Source: a virus. From it: 64,000 nt of DNA. The stretch lies in IMG/VR virus record IMGVR_UViG_3300035698_026482, positions 1 to 64,000 of that record; one strand, given 5' to 3'. Positions 45,401 to 53,277 of this stretch are shown piece by piece (positions within the stretch are counted from its first letter, which is position 1; every line of letters begins with the position of its first letter). The translations under genes and the position numbers were made by a program. The notes under the pieces were generated by a model, which had not been told where the DNA came from, searched no databases, and worked only from the letters and a program-made list of their open reading frames with translations.

Positions 45401-46338
45401 ATGCCAAACGCGTCGCCCATTCCTGTCGATGCAACTGTAATTTCATTAAGGACGTCGGTCATCGTACGCCCTTGTGCTTTGGCAGTGATGCCAATGGCCT
45501 TCATTTGATCTTCAGAAATGCCAAGACCTTTCTGATAAGCTATAATAGCCTCTGCATTTTGAACAAGCTCTTCACCAAATAGATGAAAGGTGTTACCCAT
45601 ACCCTTAGCAATATCATGAACAGCCGTTAAACGCTCGGCCCAGTTGCCAAGAACGCGATAAACGCTTAAGCCAGTTTCCGCAAGCTGACCGCCGACCTCT
45701 TGATACATTCCACGAATATTCTTCGAAATATCGTCTGAGAATGATCCGAAATCTTTTCTAATCGCTTCACGAGCCCTCTGGAATTCACCGCCGCCGGGCA
45801 TTGAGTTGGCCATGTCGACCAATCCGCCAAGCATTTTAAACGGCAATGATATAATAGATTTGCCGACCTCGAATAATGCGCCAGCTATTCCCATAATTGA
45901 ACTAACAGCAGCCTGCCCAATTCCAATAATTCCGCTAAATGCGCTGGTGATGCCTGATAATCCTGCGACTACCATCGTTGTAGCAGTTGGAAACTTATCT
46001 GCAAAAATACCAGACAGTTCATTAACCGTGCTCTTGAACCCCTTGGCAGGCATCTTACCTTTCGAAAGCTCGTCAGCCAATTTTTTCACAGAATCAGTAG
46101 CTGTTTTGGATTTATCGCCTAGACCACTTGATGCTTCTGCGGCGCCCTCAAGCGCCTTATTCATTTTACCGATATCAGAAACAATCTTATCTAACTCAAC
46201 CCCCTCATGCACGCCTTGAAGGGCCTGTGCAATAGAGAGCTGGTTTTTCAGATCGTTAGTGATTTTAGCTTGATTGCGTTGCTGTGATGCAATCGCCTTA
46301 TTTAATTCAAGCTGTATTTTAAGATTATCTACGGCCAC
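42469..46338 (-). CDS. Tail tape measure protein
   Basis: 1289 aa, Ala/Gly/Lys-rich and helical with hydrophobic segments; lies downstream of the tail chaperones. Confidence 0.8.
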   Translation of the reverse strand: MAVDNLKIQLELNKAIASQQRNQAKITNDLKNQLSIAQALQGVHEGVELDKIVSDIGKMNKALEGAAEASSGLGDKSKTATDSVKKLADELSKGKMPAKGFKSTVNELSGIFADKFPTATTMVVAGLSGITSAFSGIIGIGQAAVSSIMGIAGALFEVGKSIISLPFKMLGGLVDMANSMPGGGEFQRAREAIRKDFGSFSDDISKNIRGMYQEVGGQLAETGLSVYRVLGNWAERLTAVHDIAKGMGNTFHLFGEELVQNAEAIIAYQKGLGISEDQMKAIGITAKAQGRTMTDVLNEITVASTGMGDAFGMSHKVIARDITEMTEDVSHFGNMTAHEMSRASVYVRKLGLEIKDVIGVIDAYDNFEDAARGAAMLAQSFGANVDAMEMMREQDPTKRVDMLRKSMAMAGIDAEKLSRQELKLLSQQTGLDESATKMAFSLKNQGMSMSQIEKQQGNNQKKTMTQQEAMGKLADSIERLVKTGSMQGGFFTQFFKGFERGVKWSKDFRGLMWDIRKALRITRHAGMELGRTFVEAFPGVADMVKGLREMFDTKKFKELTSGIVGIFKQFFKDVGGDDAANSFPTLMAKLKEKFFDFFDSRAGAGSKFLNGLKTFGKAMVNIIAGMAKMALEGLRDTFMFIANWIKDGALPKIDAAGPIQEFLQPIIDAFTGPVIGQLTSAFMLMIETAWEKIKPPMIAFFNEWWPWVAEKILLAGLTKAIIAGLSVSALQGASKILFNATKSVGLAGAKGIAEGLNGGVIKPGWIKRLGSVLVSGLKKAATTAIGIGAAAVGATGAALIGGILTAALSGIGIGLLLDKYFNISGWMAEKLDVFFGQTAKINKEIAQQHDARMKALDEEQFAKITNRELAGKLQSGEINALNEINKLRAQGVTIAIEDEKIALQSQQRKQDDLMNARAAKLAKDSGTDFSKLRGDDALAKSAEFRKQAAAQLQSEMGGSFIDPKIIGERVGKITAEINDATLKGVKDSVGPKDLGFLNEITAIDPEKLKEMESTFESTLKPALLKIQKHMETVMDAFKTTDVVGFEKLTDTINGFALVPKALNSILTETKTLDAGALTEAFGKLEGLFRVIRNSTDTIGKMILARGQVDAKVINDWLAPYGSFVTTIVDFGKTTGQITDETVASIEGVNGRLIIINDAFSIMELPKFGDDAITSMSNASMSVDNVYKILDKVKDKYTGIATVVSSMVESVNITNKSLANIQTVDIKPKLKALAKSMGVKDKFTITNDKVNINIKLDVKMDTEDIAAQIHKGRWFKIDGSSGKGAPKARP

Positions 46339-46393
46339 GTGAATGCGTCCTGGTTACGCTTTAATACGTATCAAACAAGTCGCACTCTCGGAA

Positions 46394-46693
46394 TTACATT
46401 GGCCACGGAATTCCGGTCATTGCTTCAAAGTCTTTCGCCGAAGCGTTTTTAAGACCAAGTTTTTGAATAACACTTTGCGCAGTAGCACCTTCACGCCCTA
46501 ATTCGTGCTGGAACTTCTTTGAAGCAACCATTGCCGTAGCAAGCTTTTCAATCTCTTCACGATTGCCACGAATTTTAAGCCGGGTCTTTTGACCAACAAG
46601 CCACGCCGCCACGCCTGCAATAAAAAGTTTGCCAGTTGTGGACAAACGGTAAAAATGCCTTTCGTCAAGGCGTGGTGCGTCTTCTTGTTTCAT
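46394..46693 (-). CDS. Hypothetical protein
   Basis: 99-aa ORF. Confidence 0.7.
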   Translation of the reverse strand: MKQEDAPRLDERHFYRLSTTGKLFIAGVAAWLVGQKTRLKIRGNREEIEKLATAMVASKKFQHELGREGATAQSVIQKLGLKNASAKDFEAMTGIPWPM

Positions 46694-46710
46694 GCTACTA
46701 AATATACCGA

Positions 46711-46962
46711 TTATGTGAAGCGTCTTAAGCGAGCTGGTGCATGAGGTCGTTGACCTCTAAAGTTACGTTCTGATGGTGAATTATCATGCGTGCCCTTCGT
46801 ATACGCCTGTCCATCCTCACTATTTTCCGAGTGTTTTTGTATCTCTCTGTTAATTCGATTGATAAACCACCCGCGATGCTGTAGTGGTAACTTCCTCACA
46901 TCTTGGTGTGTAAAGCCAAGGTAATACATTAACAAAAATTCCTGTTCGAGTTGAACGTTCAC
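46711..46962 (-). CDS. Tail assembly chaperone, second ORF (possibly made only as a frameshift fusion)
   Basis: FLLMYYLGFT...LP...RGWFINRI; its frame is open upstream through the T7 run of the preceding gene. Confidence 0.65.
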   Translation of the reverse strand: MNVQLEQEFLLMYYLGFTHQDVRKLPLQHRGWFINRINREIQKHSENSEDGQAYTKGTHDNSPSERNFRGQRPHAPARLRRFT

Positions 46963-46984
46963 AATATAGTCAGCACCATGCCCG

Positions 46985-47875
46985 TTATGCGTCAGGCCAA
47001 AAAAACGTGGTCCCGATAGGGACCTCTACCTCGTTTGTCTCTCCGCAGGCGCCACATGTAAAGTCAGCTTTCATGTCGATGCCTGGTTGATACTGTTCAA
47101 TGTGATTTCGCAAGACGCGTGAGTCGCGGACAGGCATATTATTGATGAACTTAGTAATATACATCCTGTCAGTTTTGCCGTCGACTGACACAATCAAGCG
47201 TGCCAACTGAGAGGTTATAATATTATCAACAGCGGTCTGCAACTTCTTTTTGCGTTGTTCTGCGTCACGCGACAGCTCTTCTTCATCTCGACCAGTAAGA
47301 AAGCGAAACTGGATTCTCTTCTTTGATACTGGTAGATCAAGTGAGAATAGATTTTCGCCAGGAGCTTCTGGCGTAAGTTCGAGCCATTTGATCGGTAGTT
47401 CATTCAAATCGAATTCGCTCGTCTCACGGTTGTTACAATCTGGACACCCAACTTCAATCGCGTACTCGGCGCCGTAACCTGTAATTCGAAGTGCCACCAT
47501 TAATGCGTTACGATCGGCAAGTAGAAGATCATTTGGATTGATTTTCTTATTGCTTAAGCATGATCGCAAAAGATGAGTAATAACAGTACCCTTTTTAATC
47601 AGGGCTCTTGACGTAAGGATATCTTCATCCTTGGCTGTCATTGCCCTAATTTCAAGACCTTCGCAGTTGTGCAAAAGGCTGTCGGCGCCGTATACAAAGC
47701 CTCTGGAGGGTAGTGGCACAACATCGATAGGAATCTCATATCCAAAATCATCGCCGCTGGGCGTGCCTGCATGCATTCCTGGGATGTTTGTTGGTGGTGT
47801 ATGTTGCTGCTCTTGTCCTGGGGGTGGTGTCCCGCCCTGGAAAACCTTATTAGCGCCGCGTGTATCACTAGTCAT
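46985..47875 (-). CDS. Tail or baseplate assembly chaperone (T4 gp26/gp51-like)
   Basis: LPSRG..Y, IRAMTAKDEDIL, LRITGYG, CPDC and CGAC zinc motifs, FFWP end. Confidence 0.75.
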   Translation of the reverse strand: MTSDTRGANKVFQGGTPPPGQEQQHTPPTNIPGMHAGTPSGDDFGYEIPIDVVPLPSRGFVYGADSLLHNCEGLEIRAMTAKDEDILTSRALIKKGTVITHLLRSCLSNKKINPNDLLLADRNALMVALRITGYGAEYAIEVGCPDCNNRETSEFDLNELPIKWLELTPEAPGENLFSLDLPVSKKRIQFRFLTGRDEEELSRDAEQRKKKLQTAVDNIITSQLARLIVSVDGKTDRMYITKFINNMPVRDSRVLRNHIEQYQPGIDMKADFTCGACGETNEVEVPIGTTFFWPDA

Positions 47876-47979
47876 ATAATAGTTCCTTGAGTCGCCTCTC
47901 AGTAGATCCTACCAAAACAGGCGATACGCGTACATATAGCCTCATCTAAAACATGGACAAGACGCGTACAAATTCGAAA

Positions 47980-48678
47980 CTAGTTATTAGAATTAGGAAT
48001 ACGCTTTAGCGCAGTCGCAATTAGTTGCTTATGATTTTTGTCTTTGGTTTTTTCAACCTGCTGCTTAAAATAGTTTCTATTTTTATTAAACCAGCGTACA
48101 AATCGTTCATCGCCACGTAACGCGGTCTCAAGCCATTCAAGTTCGTCTTTTTTATCTTCTTTACTGAATTTCTTGCTTTTTCGATGGCGCTTGAATTGTT
48201 GCGCACCGCCTGCGATAAGAAGAAAGGGCAATGCAAGTATTGTCATCGATCCGTGAACAATGTTCTCTAGACCAGAATAAAGCTCTTCAGACGTATTAAT
48301 CCACTCTTCGCCAGCACGACTTGATTGACGCTCTTCCATATCATGTTTGATATGTTTAGAGATAGGCTCTAATTCATCCTGTAGCTCACCCATCAACATT
48401 TTTTGTAGATTTGCATCAGCCAAATCAATGTCGTGATCATTTGCATATGAAGCAAGTGATTGTTGCAGCTTTTTTAGTTTCTCACTCTTGACGAGCTTAA
48501 CAGCCTCTGCTGGATCCATCTTGAACGTTTGCTTGCAAATAGAAAGCAGTTGACCGATGATGCTATCCCATTCGTCAGATTTGACGATCTCTAAGGCATC
48601 TTCCTTAGATTCATTGATACGAAGACGAATTTCTTCGCGAATAATTTCGCGTGCTCTATGTTCAGTCAACTTTGTCAT
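47980..48678 (-). CDS. Hypothetical protein with an N-terminal IIREE motif
   Basis: MTKLTEHRAREIIREEIRLRINE. Confidence 0.7.
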   Translation of the reverse strand: MTKLTEHRAREIIREEIRLRINESKEDALEIVKSDEWDSIIGQLLSICKQTFKMDPAEAVKLVKSEKLKKLQQSLASYANDHDIDLADANLQKMLMGELQDELEPISKHIKHDMEERQSSRAGEEWINTSEELYSGLENIVHGSMTILALPFLLIAGGAQQFKRHRKSKKFSKEDKKDELEWLETALRGDERFVRWFNKNRNYFKQQVEKTKDKNHKQLIATALKRIPNSNN

Positions 48679-48865
48679 TCTTCTTTTCTTCCAATGCAAA
48701 ATGGGCCGCTGCAGACTTGCAATTACTAAACGCCATAAAAATGCGGCGTCGGGCCAATTTCAAATCATATTTCGTGTCGTCAGACGATTCACCAATAGCG
48801 TCGAGCTCTTGATTTGCACGAATTAGATGCTTGCACGCCTCTAAAAGGCGTATCCTCGGATCCAC
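48662..48865 (-). CDS. Hypothetical protein
   Basis: 67-aa ORF with a GTG start. Confidence 0.5.
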   Translation of the reverse strand: MDPRIRLLEACKHLIRANQELDAIGESSDDTKYDLKLARRRIFMAFSNCKSAAAHFALEEKKNDKVD

Positions 48866-48942
48866 TTTTTTTGGCTCTTTGCGGCCAAAAATTAGATCCC
48901 AAAGTCTCGGTAAGGTTTTCCCAATGTCGATACCCTCCCATG

Positions 48943-49692
48943 CTAAAAGCTAAGAATCCTTCTGTGAACGTCATAGAGAACTTCCTCAAGAGTGGTGCCC
49001 GGAATGCCTACACGATTCTTGTTTTCCTCAATCCACGTTCTAAGATTATTACGTTCGGGCTCACCCATTTCACGAAGGGTGATATTAATTGCCTCATTGT
49101 ATGTGGCGTAGCTTCCATCCCACATATGTGCTAGTTCATCAATTCTAGCGATTGTCTGATTCGAAACATTTGCATCCAAATCACCTGCCACCTCAAATCG
49201 TCGTTCTGCATACACGTCATAGTTTGGGTCTAGACCAGGTGTACCGCCAAAACCGACGCCTGAAAGCATGCCTACGGTGATATTTCCGCCGGCGCCGTAA
49301 TTCGGGTTTGTAATTTGCGTAATTTTGCCGCCGACGTGCTCTGTTAGGCGTGTAACGAGCCCCTTGGCAAAATCAGCGCGCTTCTTATTATAGACGCCGT
49401 CAATATCTTCAAAGACAATTTTTACGTTGCCATCCTTGGCGTTAATATAAAAATCAGCTTCAAAACCAGCTTCTGATAATACGTCGACGCAGACGCCACC
49501 GAAATCAGACAGTTCATTTTCTGTATGAACTCGCTTGGATTCTTTTAACAATGACCTTTTTGTTCGATCAGACGTTTCCGTCATAATCTTAGTGGCAGCC
49601 TCTGATCCATCGCCGCCTGATTCACCAATAGCCCAATCGAAAAGATGAACTGGTAGATCGCTGCTGGCGCTTTCGTTATATGAATTATTCAT
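48943..49692 (-). CDS. Hypothetical acidic protein
   Basis: 249-aa ORF. Confidence 0.7.
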   Translation of the reverse strand: MNNSYNESASSDLPVHLFDWAIGESGGDGSEAATKIMTETSDRTKRSLLKESKRVHTENELSDFGGVCVDVLSEAGFEADFYINAKDGNVKIVFEDIDGVYNKKRADFAKGLVTRLTEHVGGKITQITNPNYGAGGNITVGMLSGVGFGGTPGLDPNYDVYAERRFEVAGDLDANVSNQTIARIDELAHMWDGSYATYNEAINITLREMGEPERNNLRTWIEENKNRVGIPGTTLEEVLYDVHRRILSF

Positions 49693-49741
49693 GAGGTCTC
49701 TCGTACCCCAGTAAGTATCAAGAAGAATCGTCTTTCTTCAG

Positions 49742-50689
49742 CTAGGGAACGTTGGGACTGGGCAGGTTATTGCACGCAGTATCAATAACCATTAACGCAT
49801 CTTCGAAAAACTGCTCATATGATGGTGCGCAGATGTCGCCGATAAACCCGTTTGTGAACATATTCGTGAACTGTGTAAGAATAGGCGCTTGTGCCATCCA
49901 CGTATTTTCACAGTCTGGCGAATCAGGTACACTGATTAACGACAAAATGACAACATTCTTTTCATCTTGTTCTAGATACAACATATGCTCAAACGAAATT
50001 GCGGCATTTTGCTGTGATGCAGCATCCTCATCGGTAATAATAACCACTACGAGTAATGCATCATCGCGATTAAAGCCTTCATTACATTGACCTGGTGAAT
50101 TTAAGAAGCCCTCTAGCGCTGCAATCGTTGCAGAAATAGGCTCTTCAAGACCACTGCCTGTGGCACCCACATTCGCTGCACATGTAAACGCAGAACTAAT
50201 ATCATCATCCTGCGTCATGTAATTATTACCTGCGACATATGGACCACATGTCGAGGTGCTTGTTGTTGTTACTAATGCACCAAGCTTTTGACATGGTCCA
50301 GGATTATCATCAAAATCGTCTGTGGTGACAACTCCAAGATGAATGCTTTCGAGTTCGACGATATAATTTTCAATCTGATTTGCAAATGCCGGAAATGACT
50401 CAATGAGCTTTTGTTGATTATCAAACATGGATCCAGAATTGTCGATCACAAAAAGAAAATCAACGTTCTTGCACGTTAATAGATTCCCGTCTGGATCAAC
50501 ATTCATGCCACCCGATCCATCGATATCAAGCTTGTCAGCAGGCGCATCGCCGCTTTCGCTTGCTTCGCTTCCAGACATAACATCTGGTTGTTTGCCAACG
50601 CTTAATGCAAATTCGGCATCGTTTGGATTACATGCAAGTGACAATGTAGCAATAATACCAAGCAACGCCGTTTTTAATTTTCTTATCAT
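49742..50689 (-). CDS. vWA-domain lipoprotein of the type common in myxobacteria
   Basis: Lipobox LSLA|C; VDFLFVIDNSGSM (MIDAS DxSxS), LGVVTTDD, GFNRDDALLVVVIITDED. Confidence 0.7.
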   Translation of the reverse strand: MIRKLKTALLGIIATLSLACNPNDAEFALSVGKQPDVMSGSEASESGDAPADKLDIDGSGGMNVDPDGNLLTCKNVDFLFVIDNSGSMFDNQQKLIESFPAFANQIENYIVELESIHLGVVTTDDFDDNPGPCQKLGALVTTTSTSTCGPYVAGNNYMTQDDDISSAFTCAANVGATGSGLEEPISATIAALEGFLNSPGQCNEGFNRDDALLVVVIITDEDAASQQNAAISFEHMLYLEQDEKNVVILSLISVPDSPDCENTWMAQAPILTQFTNMFTNGFIGDICAPSYEQFFEDALMVIDTACNNLPSPNVP

Positions 50690-50891
50690 AGCTATTTCCC
50701 GTGCCTGTATAATAACACTACACAGTTACGGTTCACAGTAAAATAAGTTTATCACATTTCAGCACCAGAGACTCCATATGTTCATGTGAACCATCGTGAT
50801 GCGGCGCGCATCATCTGCCATCGTCTACTGTTCGCTTTTTTTATAACGAATAGGAACGTACGTGGGCAACGTGTAGATGTTAGGGTAGGCT

Positions 50892-51077
50892 TTAAAGCTT
50901 ACGACTAGAAAATATCTGTTGACTTCCAAGTAACATACTTCGTAGTTTTTTATCATACCTGATATGGGGTGCAGCAAAATAGTCCGTGTATATAAGCTGA
51001 CCCTTTAATTTGTCAAGGAAGTAGCGAGAAAAATACATATCGTCTGGGCGAATATAGCTGCTAAATTGAGATGTCAT
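50892..51077 (-). CDS. FSSR-motif microprotein (array B)
   Basis: 61 aa containing IRPDDMYF; ends IFSSRKL*. Confidence 0.8.
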   Translation of the reverse strand: MTSQFSSYIRPDDMYFSRYFLDKLKGQLIYTDYFAAPHIRYDKKLRSMLLGSQQIFSSRKL

Positions 51078-51078
51078 G

Positions 51079-51282
51079 TTATATTTTTCTGCTTGAAAAG
51101 CATGTTTCGCCGCTGTACCATGCATCGCCAAATGTTTCTCGCAAAAATTGACCTGGAAACATAACACGAAAATAGCAAAGGTTAAGCAGTGAACCAAACT
51201 CACCGCGCAAGGAACCGCTATGTTCATTAGAATAAATGTATAAATCGCCCGTAACAACAGGGATTTTGTTATGATTTATCAT
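51079..51282 (-). CDS. FSSR-motif microprotein (array B)
   Basis: 67 aa containing VVTGDLYI; ends CFSSRKI*. Confidence 0.8.
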   Translation of the reverse strand: MINHNKIPVVTGDLYIYSNEHSGSLRGEFGSLLNLCYFRVMFPGQFLRETFGDAWYSGETCFSSRKI

Positions 51283-51541
51283 TTGGCGGACTGGTAAGCA
51301 TTTCAACTAATGCATAAACTGCTTCCTCATTATGTTTAATTAATTCTGTTCTAAGATCGATTTCTGCCCTAATAACATCTCGCGGCGGCTCAGCAGCGAT
51401 TTCATACTGATAAGCTTGTTCGTTCATGCGATGAATAATATGTCTAAGCTTGGCTGTACGAACTAGTTCCCACTCCCACGTTGCGCGACGCCCATGATGA
51501 CTAATATATTTCACCCACGTATATTTTTCTGTTTTTATCAT
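51269..51541 (-). CDS. Hypothetical protein inside array B that lacks the motif
   Basis: 90-aa ORF. Confidence 0.65.
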   Translation of the reverse strand: MIKTEKYTWVKYISHHGRRATWEWELVRTAKLRHIIHRMNEQAYQYEIAAEPPRDVIRAEIDLRTELIKHNEEAVYALVEMLTSPPNDKS

Positions 51542-51544
51542 TTG

Positions 51545-51712
51545 CTAAATCTTTCTTGAGATAAATCTGCGCCATAATGAATAGCCAACATCTGCATAGC
51601 TTAAAATCGTGTTCGGTGGGGCGGTTCTAAATTCAATCTCATGATGCTTCTGTTCATTATAAAACGGCAAGAAAAAGTAGAAATAATGATCTGCAGGCCT
51701 AATTTTCATCAT
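51545..51712 (-). CDS. FSSR-like microprotein, FISRK variant (array B; below ORF-track cutoff)
   Basis: 55 aa: MMKIRPADHYFY...LWRRFISRKI*. Confidence 0.75.
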   Translation of the reverse strand: MMKIRPADHYFYFFLPFYNEQKHHEIEFRTAPPNTILSYADVGYSLWRRFISRKI

Positions 51713-51900
51713 GTGCGCCTTGAACTAAAAATCCATTTGCGCAACATCATTCCGTCAGATGCCAGGTTTTCACCATAACTCGCTCCCTGTGACATAATAT
51801 CGCCGAAATAAGCTTCATCACGCATGTATGAAACATGCATTCCGCTCGTCTGTATCCAATGTATCAAAAAGAAACATGCATCGTTTTTATATGGCCTCAT
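51709..51900 (-). CDS. FSSR-motif microprotein (array B)
   Basis: 63 aa from MRPYKNDACFF; ends IFSSRRT*. Confidence 0.8.
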   Translation of the reverse strand: MRPYKNDACFFLIHWIQTSGMHVSYMRDEAYFGDIMSQGASYGENLASDGMMLRKWIFSSRRT

Positions 51901-52106
51901 ATCGCTAGTTTTCTTGAGCTAAAAACGTACCCAACTGAGAAGAGGTCGTATTTGCAGGCGCCCGTATAGTAGTATGTTCGGTATCTTGCAATTACGTTAT
52001 CAAGTATATCTTGGTAAAAGATAGCGTCATCATAATCCATCCATTCTCTTAGCGACATGTTTCGTTTTGGATTGAGAAGCTGTTTGTATAATTCATTCGC
52101 GCTCAT
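51897..52106 (-). CDS. FSSR-motif microprotein (array B)
   Basis: 69 aa; ends VFSSRKLAI*. Confidence 0.8.
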   Translation of the reverse strand: MSANELYKQLLNPKRNMSLREWMDYDDAIFYQDILDNVIARYRTYYYTGACKYDLFSVGYVFSSRKLAI

Positions 52107-52275
52107 AAATTCGTCTTGATGAAAACACGTCAGATGATATTAGCGTCGACAAATCAGCCCATTGGGTAACATTGCCAGCAGTCCACGTGCGGCGGATTCC
52201 GCCAATATAATCAATTCCCGCTGCAAGCATCACGAAATCGTTATGCTTAATCAATGTGTAATTCATTTGCATCAT
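52093..52275 (-). CDS. FSSR-motif microprotein (array B)
   Basis: 60 aa containing IKHNDFVM; ends VFSSRRIYERE*. Confidence 0.8.
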   Translation of the reverse strand: MMQMNYTLIKHNDFVMLAAGIDYIGGIRRTWTAGNVTQWADLSTLISSDVFSSRRIYERE

Positions 52276-52499
52276 CTATTCACCCTTCGTGATGAGAAAT
52301 AATATGCCACTAATTCATGATATCCCGTACGCAAGACAAAATTAGTACCGTATTTATATTCGTACAGTAGCGGCGCATCACCAAAAAAAGCAATCGCGTC
52401 ATCGTCGGATATCAATTTTTCGACACGACATTTTTCACAGCCACGAGTCATTATTCCTGACATTACATGGATTGAATAGTCATCCTTGTATGCAATCAT
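52272..52499 (-). CDS. FSSR-motif microprotein (array B)
   Basis: 75 aa from MIAYKDDYSI; ends YFSSRRVNR*. Confidence 0.8.
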   Translation of the reverse strand: MIAYKDDYSIHVMSGIMTRGCEKCRVEKLISDDDAIAFFGDAPLLYEYKYGTNFVLRTGYHELVAYYFSSRRVNR

Positions 52500-52702
52500 T
52501 ATTCGGCTTTTGTTATTATTTTTCGTGACGAGAAAACGTCAAGCATGTGCTCATACGTCCGTAGTCCGAACTTGCCTACGTAATCAGCCTGGAAATAATC
52601 GATAACTGTTCCGACAAAGTAATTGTCGGGATCTGTTACGTCAAGCTTTTCATTGCCATGAAAATAGATGTACAAATCATTAAGTTCTACGGGTACCCGC
52701 AT
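52499..52702 (-). CDS. FSSR-motif microprotein (array B)
   Basis: 67 aa from MRVPVELNDLYI; ends VFSSRKIITKAE*. Confidence 0.8.
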   Translation of the reverse strand: MRVPVELNDLYIYFHGNEKLDVTDPDNYFVGTVIDYFQADYVGKFGLRTYEHMLDVFSSRKIITKAE

Positions 52703-52874
52703 TTGATACCCTTCGCGATGAGAAAACGTAGCAGTAATTGTTGTGTGCATAATGTGATGCGGATCTAGCGGATCTCGTGTATGTTATATGGGTGGTATAT
52801 ACGTTGCACACGTCAGCGAACTGTGGAGGGCTATACCGATACACACACGCTTTATCGCCAGTTCTGGAATTCAT
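52680..52874 (-). CDS. FSSR-motif microprotein (array B)
   Basis: 64 aa from MNSRTGDKAC; ends VFSSRRVSNAGTRRT*. Confidence 0.78.
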   Translation of the reverse strand: MNSRTGDKACVYRYSPPQFADVCNVYTTHITYTRSARSASHYAHNNYCYVFSSRRVSNAGTRRT

Positions 52875-53086
52875 GTTGTGCTAATCTTTCGTGACGAGAA
52901 AGTTTCAATGTGAAAACCCGAAGGCGTCCAGGCACTTAATTGTGGATTGCGTAAGGTCATCGAGTCCTTTGTTAACGGATAATATGAATACCTTGTCCTG
53001 CCGGGTCTTGATGGACATCGCCAGTAGACGATTATTCCATACGTCGGGGTAACCCTGAACACGTGATCAAGTGACGTTGACAGCAT
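52871..53086 (-). CDS. FSSR-motif microprotein (array B)
   Basis: 71 aa containing SLDHVF; ends TFSSRKISTT*. Confidence 0.8.
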   Translation of the reverse strand: MLSTSLDHVFRVTPTYGIIVYWRCPSRPGRTRYSYYPLTKDSMTLRNPQLSAWTPSGFHIETFSSRKISTT

Positions 53087-53088
53087 TG

Positions 53089-53277
53089 TTATCTATTCGC
53101 TTTCCGTGATGAGAAAATATATTCGTCCGTGTACGAACGTTGAACGCTGCGGGACGTAGCATATGCGATATAAGCACCACCGTTCAGCGTGGTAGCAATT
53201 GAACGATCAAGTACACGGAAATTTGAATCTTCGCGTGACCAGGCTATAAAATAGTGATCGTCGAAAACTATAGGCAT
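53089..53277 (-). CDS. FSSR-motif microprotein (array B)
   Basis: 62 aa from MPIVFDDHYF; ends IFSSRKANR*. Confidence 0.8.
   Translation of the reverse strand: MPIVFDDHYFIAWSREDSNFRVLDRSIATTLNGGAYIAYATSRSVQRSYTDEYIFSSRKANR

Noticed and set aside
42557-45582. Many long plus-strand ORFs (e.g. 43871-44944, 357 aa) opposite the tape measure and other genes
   Set aside because: They are antisense shadows of codon-biased genes, with no motifs or ribosome binding sites.
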